From assembly GCF_036321535.1 (NCBI RefSeq), contig NC_087438.1, forward strand, positions 3,660,001 through 3,724,000: a DNA stretch of 64,000 nucleotides, given 5' to 3'. Each line of letters begins with the position of its first letter. The stretch's first letter is position 1. A program made the translations under genes and the position numbers. Of this stretch, positions 37,631 through 50,980 are shown piece by piece. The DNA is from Camelus dromedarius (Eukaryota). The notes beneath the pieces were generated by a model. The model saw nothing but the letters and a program-made list of their open reading frames with translations. It searched no databases and was not told where the DNA came from.

Positions 37631-37866
37631 CCTTACCCTGAAGAGGAAATGAGTTTTCTGGATTTTCATGCAATTTTAAAATGCATAACTTTTAATTTCT
37701 AAATAGAAATATTGGCATCAAAAAAGCTACAATTTCATAAACTGTAAGTTCACTTTTTTTTCCGGCTTTCTTTAGCTGTACATCCCATTTTTAAAACACT
37801 TAAGAAAAGGAAATCTGATTGTGAAGGCTTTGTTTTTTTTCATACGTTGAGCTTTGCATTTTGTCC

Positions 37867-38358
37867 TGTGAATGAAAAATATTGCAGCCATGTAGTAAAC
37901 AAAGGACGCTGTCCTCAGCTGCTACCGCCACCCCCGACAGCAAGGGGAGGGGAGGGAACTCAGGATGGAGGCCAGCAGGCAGCTGGGCCTCTGCTGCCGC
38001 CCCCACGGTGCCCCCTGAGGGGCCTCAGGATGGGAATGAACAGGACACCAGCCCCGGACACCTCGGTGCACATCAAAGGAGAGGTTTCAGTGAGCGCAGA
38101 CTGTTGTATCTTCCCTTACATAGAAAAGCACCAAATTCCGTAACTCGAGATACCTTGTTTTCTTTAACAGAAATCTGATGTCCCAACTACCTGATCTGTG
38201 TTGCAAAAACTCCTATATATCCTGGATCCTCCCTGGCCTCTTCGGAGCAGCCCCTCAGAGCCATCTAAAAGGCTACACCTCAGGCTTAAGTCCTCAGGAA
38301 TTCCCCCAAGTAAAGCATAACTCTCAACTTCTAGGTTGTGCATTGTTTTCAGTTGACA
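37867..38358 (+). mobile_element. Complete solo ERV1-class LTR (492 bp)
   Basis: TG...CA termini, 4-bp TSD GTCC (37863-37866 and 38359-38362), TATA-like CTATATAT near 38213, polyA-like AGTAAA near 38309. Confidence 0.82.
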
Positions 38359-38546
38359 GTCCTTGCCTGGCATTCCTTTCCACTCACTTCCCACCATCTG
38401 ACCGAGTGCAGGGAAAGGAGAGAGAAAAAGCCATCTTAAGAAAACCCTTGTGCCTGCTGTCTCAAGTTGAGTTTTTTTTTTTAAATCCCACGCAAGTGCG
38501 TTTCAATGTTGACCTCAGTTCCCTTCCTCTCCTCGGAGCTGGGGCC

Positions 38547-38579
38547 TGCAGTCACCTGGCCTTCCCGGCAGGGGGCGCT
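38547..38579 (+). promoter_or_regulatory. Candidate CTCF site with upstream motif
   Basis: Core CCGGCAGGGGGCGCT at 38565-38579; TGCAG at 38547 in roughly the spacing of the ZF9-11 upstream motif. Confidence 0.6.
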
Positions 38580-39589
38580 CTGCACCTTGGTCGTGAGCCC
38601 AGAACCATCCACTGGTCCGGAGACCCTCCCACATAAACACAGGCTCAGGAGAGAGAAGAGACAAAAGGACGCAGAGGTGTATTTCACATGAACCTACTGC
38701 TTTCTTTTTTCCAAACATGCTCCCGGTGTGTTCTAAGGAGGAAACGTCCATGGAGCAAAGACTGCGTCAGCTGGTGGTGGCCGCGCTCTGGAGGACCTGG
38801 GAGGGAGCGTCCTGCGCAGAGGTTTTGAGCGAGTGTTGCGCAGTTACACCGTTACCTTTCGGCCTGGTCGCACACCGCAGCTCTCCTGGAGCTACAGCGG
38901 TGGGGCCGGGGGGCGCGGGGCGGGGCTGGGGCAACGCCGGACGTCAGTCGACCTGTCTTCCTTTGTGACTTCACGTGGCTCTTTGCACCCCTGGGCCTCG
39001 TCTTCTGTCTTAGTGTAGCAATGATGAAACAAGCCGTGCAGATACCATAAATATTTTTATGGGTCACCCCGGAAATCTTGGTGGGGCTCAAAATTTTTTC
39101 TCTAGAAAATACAAATAACGCGCCAGAAGAAATCCGCTGCAGACACTGAGAACCTGCGCGCAGGAGATGTTCAGCCTTGGCGACGTGTCTTTGTGTTGGC
39201 AAAGGCCACGTTTCAGTCTGTGACCCCAGTGGGGTCCTGGTCGTTTGTCAGTGGACACCGTTAGTGTTTGCTCACCATCGGAATGAAATTCCTGTGATTG
39301 CTTTATTTGCCTTTGTTGTTTTCCTGTTGTTGTTTCTGTTGTTTTTCTTTTCTTTTTTTTTTTTTTTTTTTTTTTTGGACGGGGGGTGTTGGGAGAGTGG
39401 GGGTTTGCTTTCAATGTGCCAAGTTCCTGCACAGGTATCACAATATTCTTTGTTAACTATCAGCAATTATGTGCCACTGATTTCAACTGATTAACTTTTT
39501 ATAGATTTTTCTTGGTAGTTTGTCAAGACAAACTACTGTTTTTTAACATAGAGGACTGCTGTATCTCTGTCTTCCTCGGAGCCTGCTGG

Positions 39590-40150
39590 AAATCAGGCAC
39601 TGCTGTGATCCCCGCGGGCTTCCCACGCCGGGCCGGGGCGGCGAGGTGACCTCAGTGCCGGCGGAATGTGGCTCGCGAAGAACACTGAGTGGAGCCGAAG
39701 AGACCTGCGGCCGCAGCTGGCCTCCCGGGCGGTGCGCCGTGCCGGGCGTGAGGCGCGCTTCCCGTCCAGAGCCTGCGTTTCGCCGCGTCAGGCTGAGCAG
39801 ATGGGGAAAGTGGCAGAAAGGCCAGACGTGGTTTACAGCCACTTCCCTTGTCTCTTGAAAGAAGATAGATGGGGGCCTGGTGCTCCCCGCCTTTAGAGCA
39901 GGACGGCCAGCCGACTGCTCGAGGCAGAGGACACGCGGTGGCCCAGAGCGCGATCAGCCCCGGCTGCTCCCCGGCCCCAGCGGCCGTCCCCGCGGCCGCC
40001 CTCCGCGGTGACCTCAGCACCGATCGGGCGCCAGCCAGGTGCGAGCGCCCGGGGGCGGCGCGGAGCTCGGGGCAGGGCTGGCGAGGCAGAGGCCAGGCGC
40101 AAGCTAGGCCTCAGGCTCCCGTGCGGAGCCGCCGGCTCCCCGCCCCGTGT
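39590..40150. promoter_or_regulatory. CpG island not attached to any coding gene in the window
   Basis: About 560 bp of very GC-rich, CpG-dense sequence with GC boxes (GGGGCGG). Confidence 0.7.
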
Positions 40151-41245
40151 GTGTGTCCTCGGGGCAGGCTTCCTCTCCTCTGCAGAAAGGGAGAAGCCAG
40201 CACGTATCAGGAACCTCACAGTCACCTCCACTCTGTCGGATGATTTTACCCCGGACTCGCTCACAACGTGTGTGTGGGAGTCCAGATTTGACGATGCATT
40301 TCCCTTCTCAGTTATTAATCTTGCACAGATTTATTCAACATTTTACTCACAAAAGCCTCTGAGAGCAATTAACAGCAGCTTTTTGTCATTATTTAAAATA
40401 CATGTTTCTGCCCAACAATTAATTTAAAATTAGAAGTAACTTAAGTATTGTCCTTTATGTCATAAGGGCTTATTTGAGATTTAAAACAGTAACTTCGTAG
40501 TAGTGACACATTTACTTTTAAACTTAGTAAAGTATCTACTTTCATGTCGGCGTTCACAGCTACCAGACGAAAGGCTACCGTGACGCTCACTTTAATGCGG
40601 CGTTTGTGAAGCCGCAGTGGGCCAGCAGCCAGGGGAGGGGGCAGGCTCTGCCCTGGGGAAGCTCTGCACAGCGCACACCCACCTGAGTGTGTAGCTACCT
40701 CGTCCCAGGACACACACTTCCGCCCACGCACCCAAACCCTGAGGTGTGCTTTAAAAATATGCCTCCGGGGGCCCCTGGAACCTGTGAACACGCCCACCCG
40801 TGGTCAGGAGAGCAGGGCGGAAATGGGAGCTAAAGGGGGGACCCTGCAGAGGTGCACACAGAGAGCACAGCTGAAAATGCTGGATAAAATATTTACAATA
40901 TAATGCACAGTTGAACCCACAGAAAATAAGGGACTCTCCCACAGGGAAGAAAGGACAAGGAAACTGGAATCCACAGTGGGAGGGATCACAGGCCTGGACG
41001 GGAACGGAAGGGAGGAAACGGGTCTTGGATGGCAAACAGGTTGAGGTTTAAGGGCCTTCCTGTTGAGGACGGTCACAGGAGACAAGGCCTTGGGCCAGAA
41101 GAACGTGTTCTCATCACCGACAACTCCGCCCCATAAACTCATAAACCCCTGGGTCAAGCCAAGAAAAAATCCACAGAAGGAGAAGGCAGGTACGGGAACA
41201 CCTGCACCTCCCTCCATCCTAGCTGTGGGCAAAGCTAGAAAAACT

Positions 41246-41300
41246 ACACACACACACACACACACACGCACACACGCACACACACATGCACACACACTCA
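41246..41300. repeat. Imperfect (CA)n microsatellite
   Basis: Directly visible. Confidence 0.9.
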
Positions 41301-41499
41301 CCAGTATCTTGCATGAGAATTTCTACCCGAAGTCCCGTACTCATGGGAGCCTGGGCAGGAATGACACCACCTACGTGGCCCCAATCTCTCCAAATTAGTT
41401 TACAGGGCCCCCAATTCAGCAGCACTAATGCCCCCAGGAAAGGCAAGTGCACATCCTCGTCAGAGAAAAGCTCTTTCTAAACCGTCTTTGAAGAATCAC

Positions 41500-44400
41500 T
41501 ACAGATAAAGTTCCAAGGAGCATGAATTCATACCCATACCCACCAAATTATTAAACAGATGAGAAATAAACCCAGAAACAACAAACTGTTGTCAGATTTA
41601 TGGGATTTGTATATGTTTTATTTATGTGGTTTAGAATACATAAAATAATTGTCTTTAATTTGTTTTAAAAATAGTAGGGGAATATGAAAGTGTGACAAAA
41701 GAATAAGAGATTGTAAAAATTTATGAGACAGCAGATTTGAAGAAGAACAAAATAGAACTTCTAAAAACAAAAAAGATACAGATACGCCCACACACGTTTA
41801 TTTCCAAGTATGAAGCCAAGGGACAGGATAAGAGCAAATTAGTTTCAAATGATGAGATATTGGTATAAAATTTCTCTGGCAGTAATTACCCAGAAAACAA
41901 CTCAGAGAGACAAAATGAGAGAAAACAGAGAGAAGGTAAGAGATGCAGACGATGTCTTTTTGGTTAGAATGTAGAAAATAAGAGACTGTTGCTCTCAGGA
42001 ACCCAAACAAGGTGGATGAGCCGCAAAACCATGGTCTTTCTAAACCAGAGAGCTGATGCAGCAGCCACGAAAGGGGGGAGAATCAGAGTGTGAGAACTGA
42101 GACAGGGCAGCCAAAGACTGCCTGGAATTGCAGCTGCCATGACAGGGCACCAGCAGGAGGCCCGGGCGTCCTCCCCCCGCCCTCCCCCAACACTTCAGGG
42201 TCCCCACTGACCTCGCTGCAGGAGGGGCAGGAGCGCTGAAAGGGACCCCTCCAAAGCCGGCCAAGCAGAACCAGGCCTTCACACGGGTCCAGGGCCTGGG
42301 GCCAGCCGGGAAAGCGAAGAGAGCGCTCCAACAGCCTACCATGCTGTCGGTCAAGTCGTAAGTCAGAAGGCGAGCTATCATGGTGTGGAAAGCATGAATC
42401 GATTCGGAGAATCTTGCTGGCGTTCACGCCAAAATTACCGCAGAATGGAAATCCTGAGCCCACCCTCAAAATACTTGCAGCTAGCAGTGAACTTAAACCA
42501 GCTAAGCTTGCCCAAAAGTTCAGACCCAGCTTAATTATAGAACAAGATGACTCAGTCACTCCAGGCCAGTGACCTGACACAAGAAAGAAAGCTCTTTTCT
42601 AAAGGAAAACATTTACTTCAGCCTCTCCTGTTCTGACATCTCATGAGGAAGGAAGAAGACAGTTAATAGAAGCAGAACTGTAGGGAGACCAGATACTGGA
42701 ATTATTCGAGAGGAGCTTTAAAATACCTAGGAATTTGCTAAATGATCGACTAGAAATTGTGTACAGTATGGATGAGGAGATGGTGAATTTCAGCAGATAC
42801 AAAGCAATTACAAAAATAAACCAAGCAGAAGTTCTAGAAATGAGAAATACAATATCAGAAATACATATTTTATTGGGTCTAATAGCACAATGACTCAGCA
42901 GAGGAAATAAGGCATGAACCTGAGGATGAGGACAGGTGAACTGAAATCATTCAGACTAAAATGCAAAGAGGAAAAAATAACAAACAAAAAAAATAAACCA
43001 GACCAAAACAAAACAGAATAGATAAGTATGTCTTAACCTATGGGACAGTATCACATGGCCCAATATATCTGTAATTGAAGCCCCAAGAAGGAGAAAACAG
43101 AAGAAATATAAATATTTAATGAGATATTTGCTGAGAATGGTCTAAAATTGATGAAAAACATCAACCCACAAATCCAAAAAGCTCAGAAAACACCATTCAG
43201 GAAAAATACAAAGGACACGCATGTGTGCACACACACACACATCCCATACATACACAAACAAACGTCAACCTAGAGTTCCATATGCTACAAGAATAGCCTT
43301 ACAAGTAAAGGTAAGCCAATCTCAAACTGTTACATGTTGTATAATTTCATTCTTGAAATGGCAAAATTATAAAATGGGAGACAGATTAGTGGTTACTAGG
43401 GGTCATCGATGGGGGGAGAGGAGAGAGGGCAACATGAGAGATCCTTTCAGTGTCGGAAGTTCCACTGGCATTGCATCTGTGCCAACATCCTGGCAATGTT
43501 GCACATGGTTCTATAAGGCGTAAGGTGTTATCGCTGGAGGAAACTAACGAGTAAAGGATACATGGACTCTCTGTATTTCTTAACCTTACGTGTGAGTCTG
43601 CTATTGTCCCAAAGTAAAAAGATAAATTTAAAAATTGGAGGCAAAATAAATACATTTTCAGAGATGAAAGCTGGGAGAATCTCTCTCCATCAAAATTTCT
43701 CTTCAAGAAACACTGAAATAATTTCTGCGGGCTAAAGAAAAATTATATCGGATTCAACCCTGAATCTGTAGGAAGCAATGAAGATCACCAGAAAAGGTGC
43801 ATATTTGTATAAATTTAAAAGACCTTATCAATGTGTGTGTATTCTTGAAACTGCACATATATATCTTTGAATAGTAAATTCCAAAATTTTAGAGTAGGGA
43901 GGGAAAGAAACCAAGAGAGGTAATGGCATCTGGAGACGGTCACACCTGCTACGCCGCACGCAGGAGGGGAGAAAAGAAGTGCTGTTCTGACGGCAGGAGA
44001 CGGACAGTGATAAACGAACGTGGTTGGAAAGTCAGAGTGGCCTTGCTCCTGCTGCAGAGGAGCTTAAAATGCAAGAGGAGGAGTTGCATCTTGTGAGGTC
44101 ATCCAGTGCCCCCAGGTGTATCAAAGCCAGTTGTCAAAACTTGTGTGAAGAATCAAACTGAGGAAAGATTATATTGTTGCTCTATATTAATACCCTGTAA
44201 GCCAGGTTTTAAAATGTGCTTGTTTGAGTTTCATTAAAAATAAAAAAAAACCTCAGTCACTAATTCACTCCAAATGAAAATCTATTTGAGATAAACTGTA
44301 GACCTAAATGTAGAGACTAAAACAAAAAATACATAGAAGAATGTATTTGTGATCTTGAGGCAAGAAAAGCTTTCTTGTGAGGCAAAGGTATGATCATAAA

Positions 44401-45320
44401 ATCAAAAATGATAGATTAGACTTCATCCAATACAAAAAGGTGATAAAGGACCACAAAGCATTATCAATAAAATAAACAGGCAAGTCACAGACTGAGGATG
44501 TGTTCATAAAGCAAAGTATTTGTATCCAGAATACATAAAGAACTCCTGAAACCCAATAACAAGAAGACAGCCCAATTTGGGGCAAAGGCACACAAGTACG
44601 TCACGAAAGAAGACACATAAACAGTCAGTAAGCACGTGAAATACTGCTCAACATCATTAATCATCAAGAAAATGCATACTTAAAACCCAGTGAGGAGTCA
44701 CTACATTCTCCACTGGAGTGTCCAAACTTGACCGGAGCCAGCGCTGGAGAGCCCTGGGGCAGCCGGACCCCCACGTGTTGCTGGGGGGAGTGTGAAATGG
44801 AACGACCACTCGGCAAAGTGTCGGTTTCTTGGAGTGTTAAATCTACTTATCTGATGACCCAGTAATTCCATTCCACTTAGGTATTTGTCCAGAATAAATG
44901 TGTATGTCCACACAGAGACTTCTGTAAGACGTTTATAACAGTCAAATCTGGACTGCTGATCAACAGAATGGATAAACTATGTTTGTTCACACAGTCGAAA
45001 ATTGCTCAGTGAAAAGAAAAAAAAGAATAGATTACTGATGCACACGCACTACGTGTTAAGTCTCAGAATAACAGGCTGAATGTAATAAGCAAACACAAAA
45101 AAGACACACTGTATAATTCAGTAGGAATAAATGTCTGGAATAAGCAAAAGAGACCCACAGTGGTAGAAGTCAGATGAGTGCTTGCTTCTGGGTGGGAGGA
45201 GGAGATGAGACTAGCGTCTGCTGTTGAAAGTGCTCTGTGCCTCTTCACAGAGCCTCATGGACTAGTCCACTTGCTATCTGAGCATTTCAATGTGTGTAAG
45301 TTGTATTCAAAGACACCTTT
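41500..45320 (+). mobile_element. Mosaic of old L1M fragments (5'/ORF1 remnants, nested L1MC-like 3' piece at ~43300-43620, ORF2/3' region at 44240-45320)
   Basis: ORF1-like blocks (ctgagaatggtctaaaattgatgaaaaacatcaacccacaaatccaa) and ORF2-end blocks (atactgctcaacatcattaatcatcaagaaaatgca). Confidence 0.65.
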
Positions 45321-45624
45321 CCTTGTGTGCATTTGGGTAATGCTGCCACCCCCAGCAGAAAGAGCAGAGCTGATACTTGAAGTTTCCTTCACATGGAAAT
45401 TTCTAGAGGGAAGAAAAAGAACGGATTTGAGAACATCACCGCAACGACCAGCTCCTTCTGCTCCTCCCTCAGAGCCTCTGCCCTCTGCAGGTGCCCACCT
45501 CCGTGCTCTCTCTGGTTCAGGGGCAGCGAGGCAAGGGACCCAGCAGCATAGCTGCTTTCTGGGGGAACATGACAATTCTCTCCCTGTGGAGTTCCAGAAA
45601 GAAGGGAATATCCACCAGCTGCCA

Positions 45625-46230
45625 TCGTCAACTTTAGGTGTCACCTTGGCTAGGCTGGGCTGCCCTGTGCTTTGGACAAACACCCATCTACATGTTGCTG
45701 TGGAGGTACTTTCTAGATGTGATTAACATCTACAATTAATTGACTTTAAATAGAGGAGTTTCCCCTTAACGATGTGGGTGGGCCTCATCCAATCAGTTGA
45801 AGGCTCTCAGAGCAAAGACCAAAGTTTTCCAAAGAAGAAATTCAGCCTCAAGATGGGAACATAGAAACCCTGCCTTGCCTTCCAGCCTGCTGCCCTCTGG
45901 AATTCAGACTCAGGACTGCAGCATCAACTCTCAGCAAGCTGAATTCCCAGCCCACTCCATGGACTTCAGACTTCCTGGCCCCCACAATGGTGTTAGACAA
46001 TTCCTTAAAATAAATCTCTCTCTCTGTCTCTCTATATCCTTATCTGTACATAGATATAGAGAGAGGTGATGTGTGGGTGTGTGGAGATACATAGACATTG
46101 ATGTAGAGATCCCTACATACCTACATGTCCCGGGAAATATGCAGACTGTGGCTACAATCCTACTTGTCTGTCTGTCTGTCTATCCTTTCACCATATCACT
46201 GCTCCCCAGAGACCCAGAACCTCATGTCCA
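45625..46230 (+). mobile_element. MLT2-like ERVL LTR
   Basis: gatgtgggtgggcctcatccaatcagttgaaggc..ttccttaaaataaatctctctctc. Confidence 0.75.
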
Positions 46231-47300
46231 TGATGAACATGTCCTCCATGTCTCTGAAGAACCCAGACTGACACACCTGCTGTACCTCCCTCTGCACCAG
46301 CCCAGCATCCTGAGTCAGAGGAGCAGGTGGCCCGGTGTGAAAGGTCGTTTATTTGGAAGAACGCATTCCTGAAGTGATGGATGAGGGTCCCTTCCAGCTG
46401 GCACCTTTGGGGACAGGACATTCATATTTCTGGGTCCAGATTCCCTGAAACGGGGTGCTGCGCTGCTCACCACCTCATTCTTCATGGGGTACCTGTTCAT
46501 TATTTCCTCCATGAAAAATAGTGGTGAGCTGCAAAATTGTTAACCACATTCTCTTCTCCTGGGGGCTGGGGGCTTTTTAACCACATGGTGCCTCTTCCAG
46601 CTGAGGGCAATTACTCTAGAGTGAACTCAGCAGTGGGTGAAGGTCGGCTTCTCACAGTCGCCGTGGAGTTAACTGCTCGAGTGTGACTGGAACCCCAGAT
46701 GCCCCAGGTAAGGGGAACAGCTCGGGGCAGGGGGCTTTGTCCACCCTCCCTGGCCCACACCCACGTGACGCAGGCAGCCCTGCTCCCCCAGCCCCTCAGG
46801 CTGTATTAAGCTCTTACTTCTGTGTCCCCAGATCTCAGAAGCTCTTCTTGAAAGCCTCGAGCTTGGTCACTCGTTGGGGTCACATGTGTGAGGTCCCTTC
46901 CTCCCCTCCTCGGGCCCTGTGCCAGCACCAGGCTTCACACCCATCACCTGAGTCACTGCTCCAGCCAGGCAGGGCTTTTAGGACCCCAGTTCTGTGGACA
47001 ATGTGGTACCCACATGCTATTCCTCTGAGCACAGCGCCATCAATACACTGATCAGCAGGCCTCTAGATCCCCATCAGGGATGCTGACGGAAGGCTGTGGA
47101 CAGGGCCCAGCTGACCTCACCCATCGACAAGACCTTTTCTGGTGGGGAGGCTGGTATTCGGCTGCTGGAAGCTCTCATGTGTCCTACAGCTGCTCAGGGC
47201 GGATCCGTTCTCCTTGGTGATGGCAGTGCCATTGAGTCACTGAACATTTCAAACACGACGTCTCTCGTAGCTACAGTAACCAAGTTACCATCATTATATG

Positions 47301-47855
47301 CAGCTGGTCTTCAGTATTTGTGGATTCAATTCTGTATTTGTGGATCCACCTGCTAACATTTATCTGTACTCCCAAATAACACTGTCAGTGCCTTCGTGGT
47401 CATTGGCAGACGTGGTCCTGACACACGTCCCCTGCTGAGGGGAACAAGTCGTTCTGCCTCCCGGTCCCAGCTCTCACCCTGGAAACAAGTGTCCTTTTCA
47501 CCGTCTATGTAGTGACTGATGTTTCTTATTGGTGTGCTTCTCACTGATGATTTTGCAGGTTGAAATTGCCCTCAAGCCTCTTGCAGGTGTGCTGTCCGGT
47601 GTCCAGAGCGCAGGGAGGCCGGCTGTGCCTTACGGAGAAAACCACGTGTCAGGTAAGCTTCGTCCAGGCGCCAGTTACAGAGATGCTGGCGTGAGTTCAG
47701 CGTCAAGCACTCAGCTCTGTATGAAACCAGTGCCTTTGAACGAGACACCTAAAACCACAAACCACGTTATGTATTGATGAGTTGACAAAAATGTGTGGCC
47801 AGAGGCCCAGGAACCTGACCCCGTTTCCCCAGGAGCAATGATTCAGCGCTGACCA
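47301..47855. mobile_element. TcMar-Tigger fossil (MER82-like)
   Basis: gtgccttacggagaaaa..gttatgtattgat..ccagaggc..aggaacct..ggagcaatg match the recalled consensus. Confidence 0.65.
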
Positions 47856-48254
47856 ACCCCGTGTTCGGGGTGGTTTCATCAAACGCCCAGCAGCCCTGCC
47901 GTCGCCTAGACCAGGGCTCAGGGGTCTCTGCCCTGGGCCACGCCCGGTCCACCCTCTGCTCAGCCACCAGGCCCGCTGGTTTTCACACTGTCGGTGGCTG
48001 TTCCTGCACTTCAATGGCAGACTCCGGCAGCTGAGACAGAGCACTTACAGCCCGAAAGCCTAAATAACGAGCTTCTGGTCCCTTCCAGAAAATGTCTCCA
48101 CCTTGTACACAACATGTACACAAGCTCCCAGGGAATCCTGCCACCTCTGGCTGTGGTCAAGTCTTCGCAGGCAGTGTGGTGCAGGCAAGGGGCCATGGCT
48201 GGTGAGGGAGAAACAGACCCAGGCTCTGGTTCCCACTCGCCCTGACCCCTGATC

Positions 48255-48365
48255 CCTGATTTCAGACCCCAGCTGTGCTGCTCAACAGCCAAGGGCAGGA
48301 TGCTCAAACTTCCTGAGCCTCAGTTTCCTAATTTCATGCTAAAACCCACATCCTTAAGGGTTGTT
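48255..48365 (+). mobile_element. MIR fragment
   Basis: MIR core-like acttcctgagcctcagttttcct. Confidence 0.5.
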
Positions 48366-48516
48366 TCTTAAATTTCTTGATATTATAATCCTGTTGAAAG
48401 AGGGACATGGCGTTATTTTAATTGAACTTTCTCCTGCAAGGTTACATGTCATCACCCCACTGATGGATGTTGCTGGTGGCCCACCCAATACCTACTTTCT
48501 TTTCTTCCCTTCCAAC

Positions 48517-49001
48517 TGTGTCAGGCGGAAAAACGACCTCTCCCCCAAAAGTATCCAGACCTTAATTCCTGGAGCCTGTGACTATGTCACCATACATGGA
48601 GCAGGGGAATTAAAGCTGCTCATTCCTTAATTAATCTCGAGATGCTGGATTATCAAGATGGAACCAAAGTAATCTCAGGGTCCTTAACAGCAGACAAGGG
48701 AGGCAGGAGAGGGAGAACCAGGGATATAAAACTTCAGGAAAGACTTGCCTGGGTTTTGCTGGCTTCACGGTTGGAGGAAGCCACAAACCAGGGAATGCAG
48801 GCAACTTCTGGGAGCTGGGAAAGGCAGGGAAACATTCTCCCCTCACCTTCCAGGGAGGATGCAGCCCTGCCTGCCCCCTGTTTGGAGCCCACTAAGATGC
48901 AAGTCAGACTTGACCTCTAGAACCGTAGGAGAAGGAATGGGTATTGTTTCGAGCCTCAAAATTGTGTTAATTTTTCACAGCAGCAATGGGAAACTCAGAC
49001 A
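48517..49001 (+). mobile_element. MLT1-type MaLR LTR
   Basis: cttaattcctggagcctgtgactatgtcac..ggagctgggaaaggcagggaaaca..acagcagcaatgggaaactcagaca. Confidence 0.75.
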
Positions 49002-49083
49002 CCCACGGGACCCTCATTCTGGAGCAACAATGAACCCAAGTAAGGAAGGTATTTTCTAGTCTCCTTTGCATGGGGGGTGGCCG

Positions 49084-49400
49084 TGTTACTGAACCTGGAC
49101 TTGGGTCTGCTCGCCCGTGTGCCGTAAAGCCAATCTACTGACGCCGGGGTGTGAAGGAAAGTACAGCCTTTATTGCAGGGCCGAGCAAGGAGAATGGAAA
49201 ACTCAGCCCAAGAGACCCAAACTGGCTTTCAGGGAGGGGTTTTTAAGGGCTGTATGAAGGAGGGCTGCCAGGTACATGACCAGCTCGTGCACAATTCTTG
49301 GACTGGTTGGCATAAAGGTTGTTTTGAGCATCACCAATCTTCTGATTTCAACCAGTCTGAGGTCTACATGCTTGCGGTCAGTTTTAATCTGATGTGGTCT
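49084..49400 (-). mobile_element. ERV1-like LTR fragment
   Basis: TGTTACTGAACC terminus, minus-strand AATAAA (tttatt 49168-49173), LTR-like body. Confidence 0.55.
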
Positions 49401-50830
49401 GAGGCCTCGGGTGCGGTGGCGTCTGAGGGCCCAGGTGAGCCAGGAGAACATTGATTTGAAATCAAATCATGTGGCAATTGTATAATTCCTCCCCCAGCAT
49501 TGAGCTACCCCCACGTAGGCAAGCAGTTGGATTTATTCAGGACCAGGGCTTTGAAAATCATGGAAACATTAATAGTTTTGTCAGAATTGTTGTGCTCATG
49601 AAATGCGGTAATTCATGCAGGTCACCTTCACCTAGCGCAGGTCAGTGCACAAGCACAACTGCTCACACCCGCCATGGAAATAGGGCTTGTGCTACAAACT
49701 GGAGTTCTCAGTTTGCCCGTTTCCTGGCTAAGCGGAAAACACAACGCTCCCTTGTTGGTATATGTGACCTGTGTGTGCCAAGCGCTGGAGTGTGACGGGG
49801 GGGGGGGGGGAGATCTGTGTCTTTCTGCAGGTCCAGCAGCCTTCAGTGTCCTAAATTACATGGGTCCTTGAGGCCAGCCCAGAACAGGGCTTGAGCAAAG
49901 CTGATTATTTTATCTCTGGTTCTCCTCTTGTTTAGAAGACTTAATTGGTGCTTCATCTCACATTGTTCTTGGAAAACTGGGTAGCCGATGATACCAGTTG
50001 CAACTGTGTGATGCATTTTTAAGCTGATATTTATGTACAAAATGTACTGCTACCAAAAACAAGCTCCCCTAGACCAGATGTTTTTATCACAAGTCCTTGG
50101 TATCTGGGAAAAAATAAAACAGTGCAGTGGGCTGGTCGTTAAACAGTTAAATTTCAGGGACCACACTCTTGAAAGTGCCGCTTCGAATGTTCTTACACAT
50201 TTCTTAGCGATGGAAGTGACTTTTACCCGAGAGAAGATGCAGTGTTATTGTTTCAGAAAATGACACTAAGTGTGTTTGAATCTGCTTGGCTGAATTTCCG
50301 CCCCTTCCAAATATATTTTGTTATTTTTTTCCCTAATGCTCTTTACCTAAAGCTTGTGTTCTCTCATCCTGCTGCCCGCGGAGGAAAGTGTGGGACGGTA
50401 AGCAAGGCGAACGTTCTCTCTTAGGGCTGCCCCTTGCAGAGAGTGTTTTTCCCTCATTCTCTTAGTGACTCTTGTTTGGGTCTGTCCCATACCGTGGTCT
50501 ACTCCTCGGACACAGCTGTCCTGAAGACCCCGGTGAGAACTCCTCACTACGCTAAGCAACGCAACCGGAAGGGAGCTTGGGCGGAGCCTCATGACCCCTG
50601 CGGGCCGCTCGGCGTTAACCTCTTGTTGGCTCGCGTGCGCGCTCTCTCTGTCTGTCTGTCTCTCTCTTTCTGTGCATCTGGGCTTCGCCAGGGTCTGAGT
50701 GTCCCTTCTGCCACATTCCTCCATCTCTTTTTGGCTCTTTGTTTCTCTCTCTCCTTCTGTGGGTTTCACAACCATTCCTTTTGCTTTTTTAAAAGTCTTT
50801 TTAATTTTATTGTCATCTTTCATTATGTCC

Positions 50831-50980
50831 TTTTATTTTTAATTAATTAATTACTTATTTTTCGTGGGGGGAGGTGGACAGGTTTACTTATTTTTTTCCT
50901 TTAATGAAGGGACTGACGATTAAGCCCAGGACTCCATGCAGGCTGAGCGTGCTCCCTACCGCTTGAGCTATACCTTCCCC
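50831..50980 (-). mobile_element. tRNA-derived SINE (vic-1-like), diverged copy
   Basis: Reverse complement GGGGAAGGTATAGCTCAAGCGGTAGGGAGCAC..GTCCTGGGCTTAATC..CCTCCCCCC plus A-rich tail; homologous to the copy at 63626. Confidence 0.8.

Noticed and set aside
39543..40427. Overlapping ORFs in the CpG island
   Set aside because: Stop codons are rare in very GC-rich DNA; Arg/Pro/Ala-rich translations on both strands with no supported splice partners
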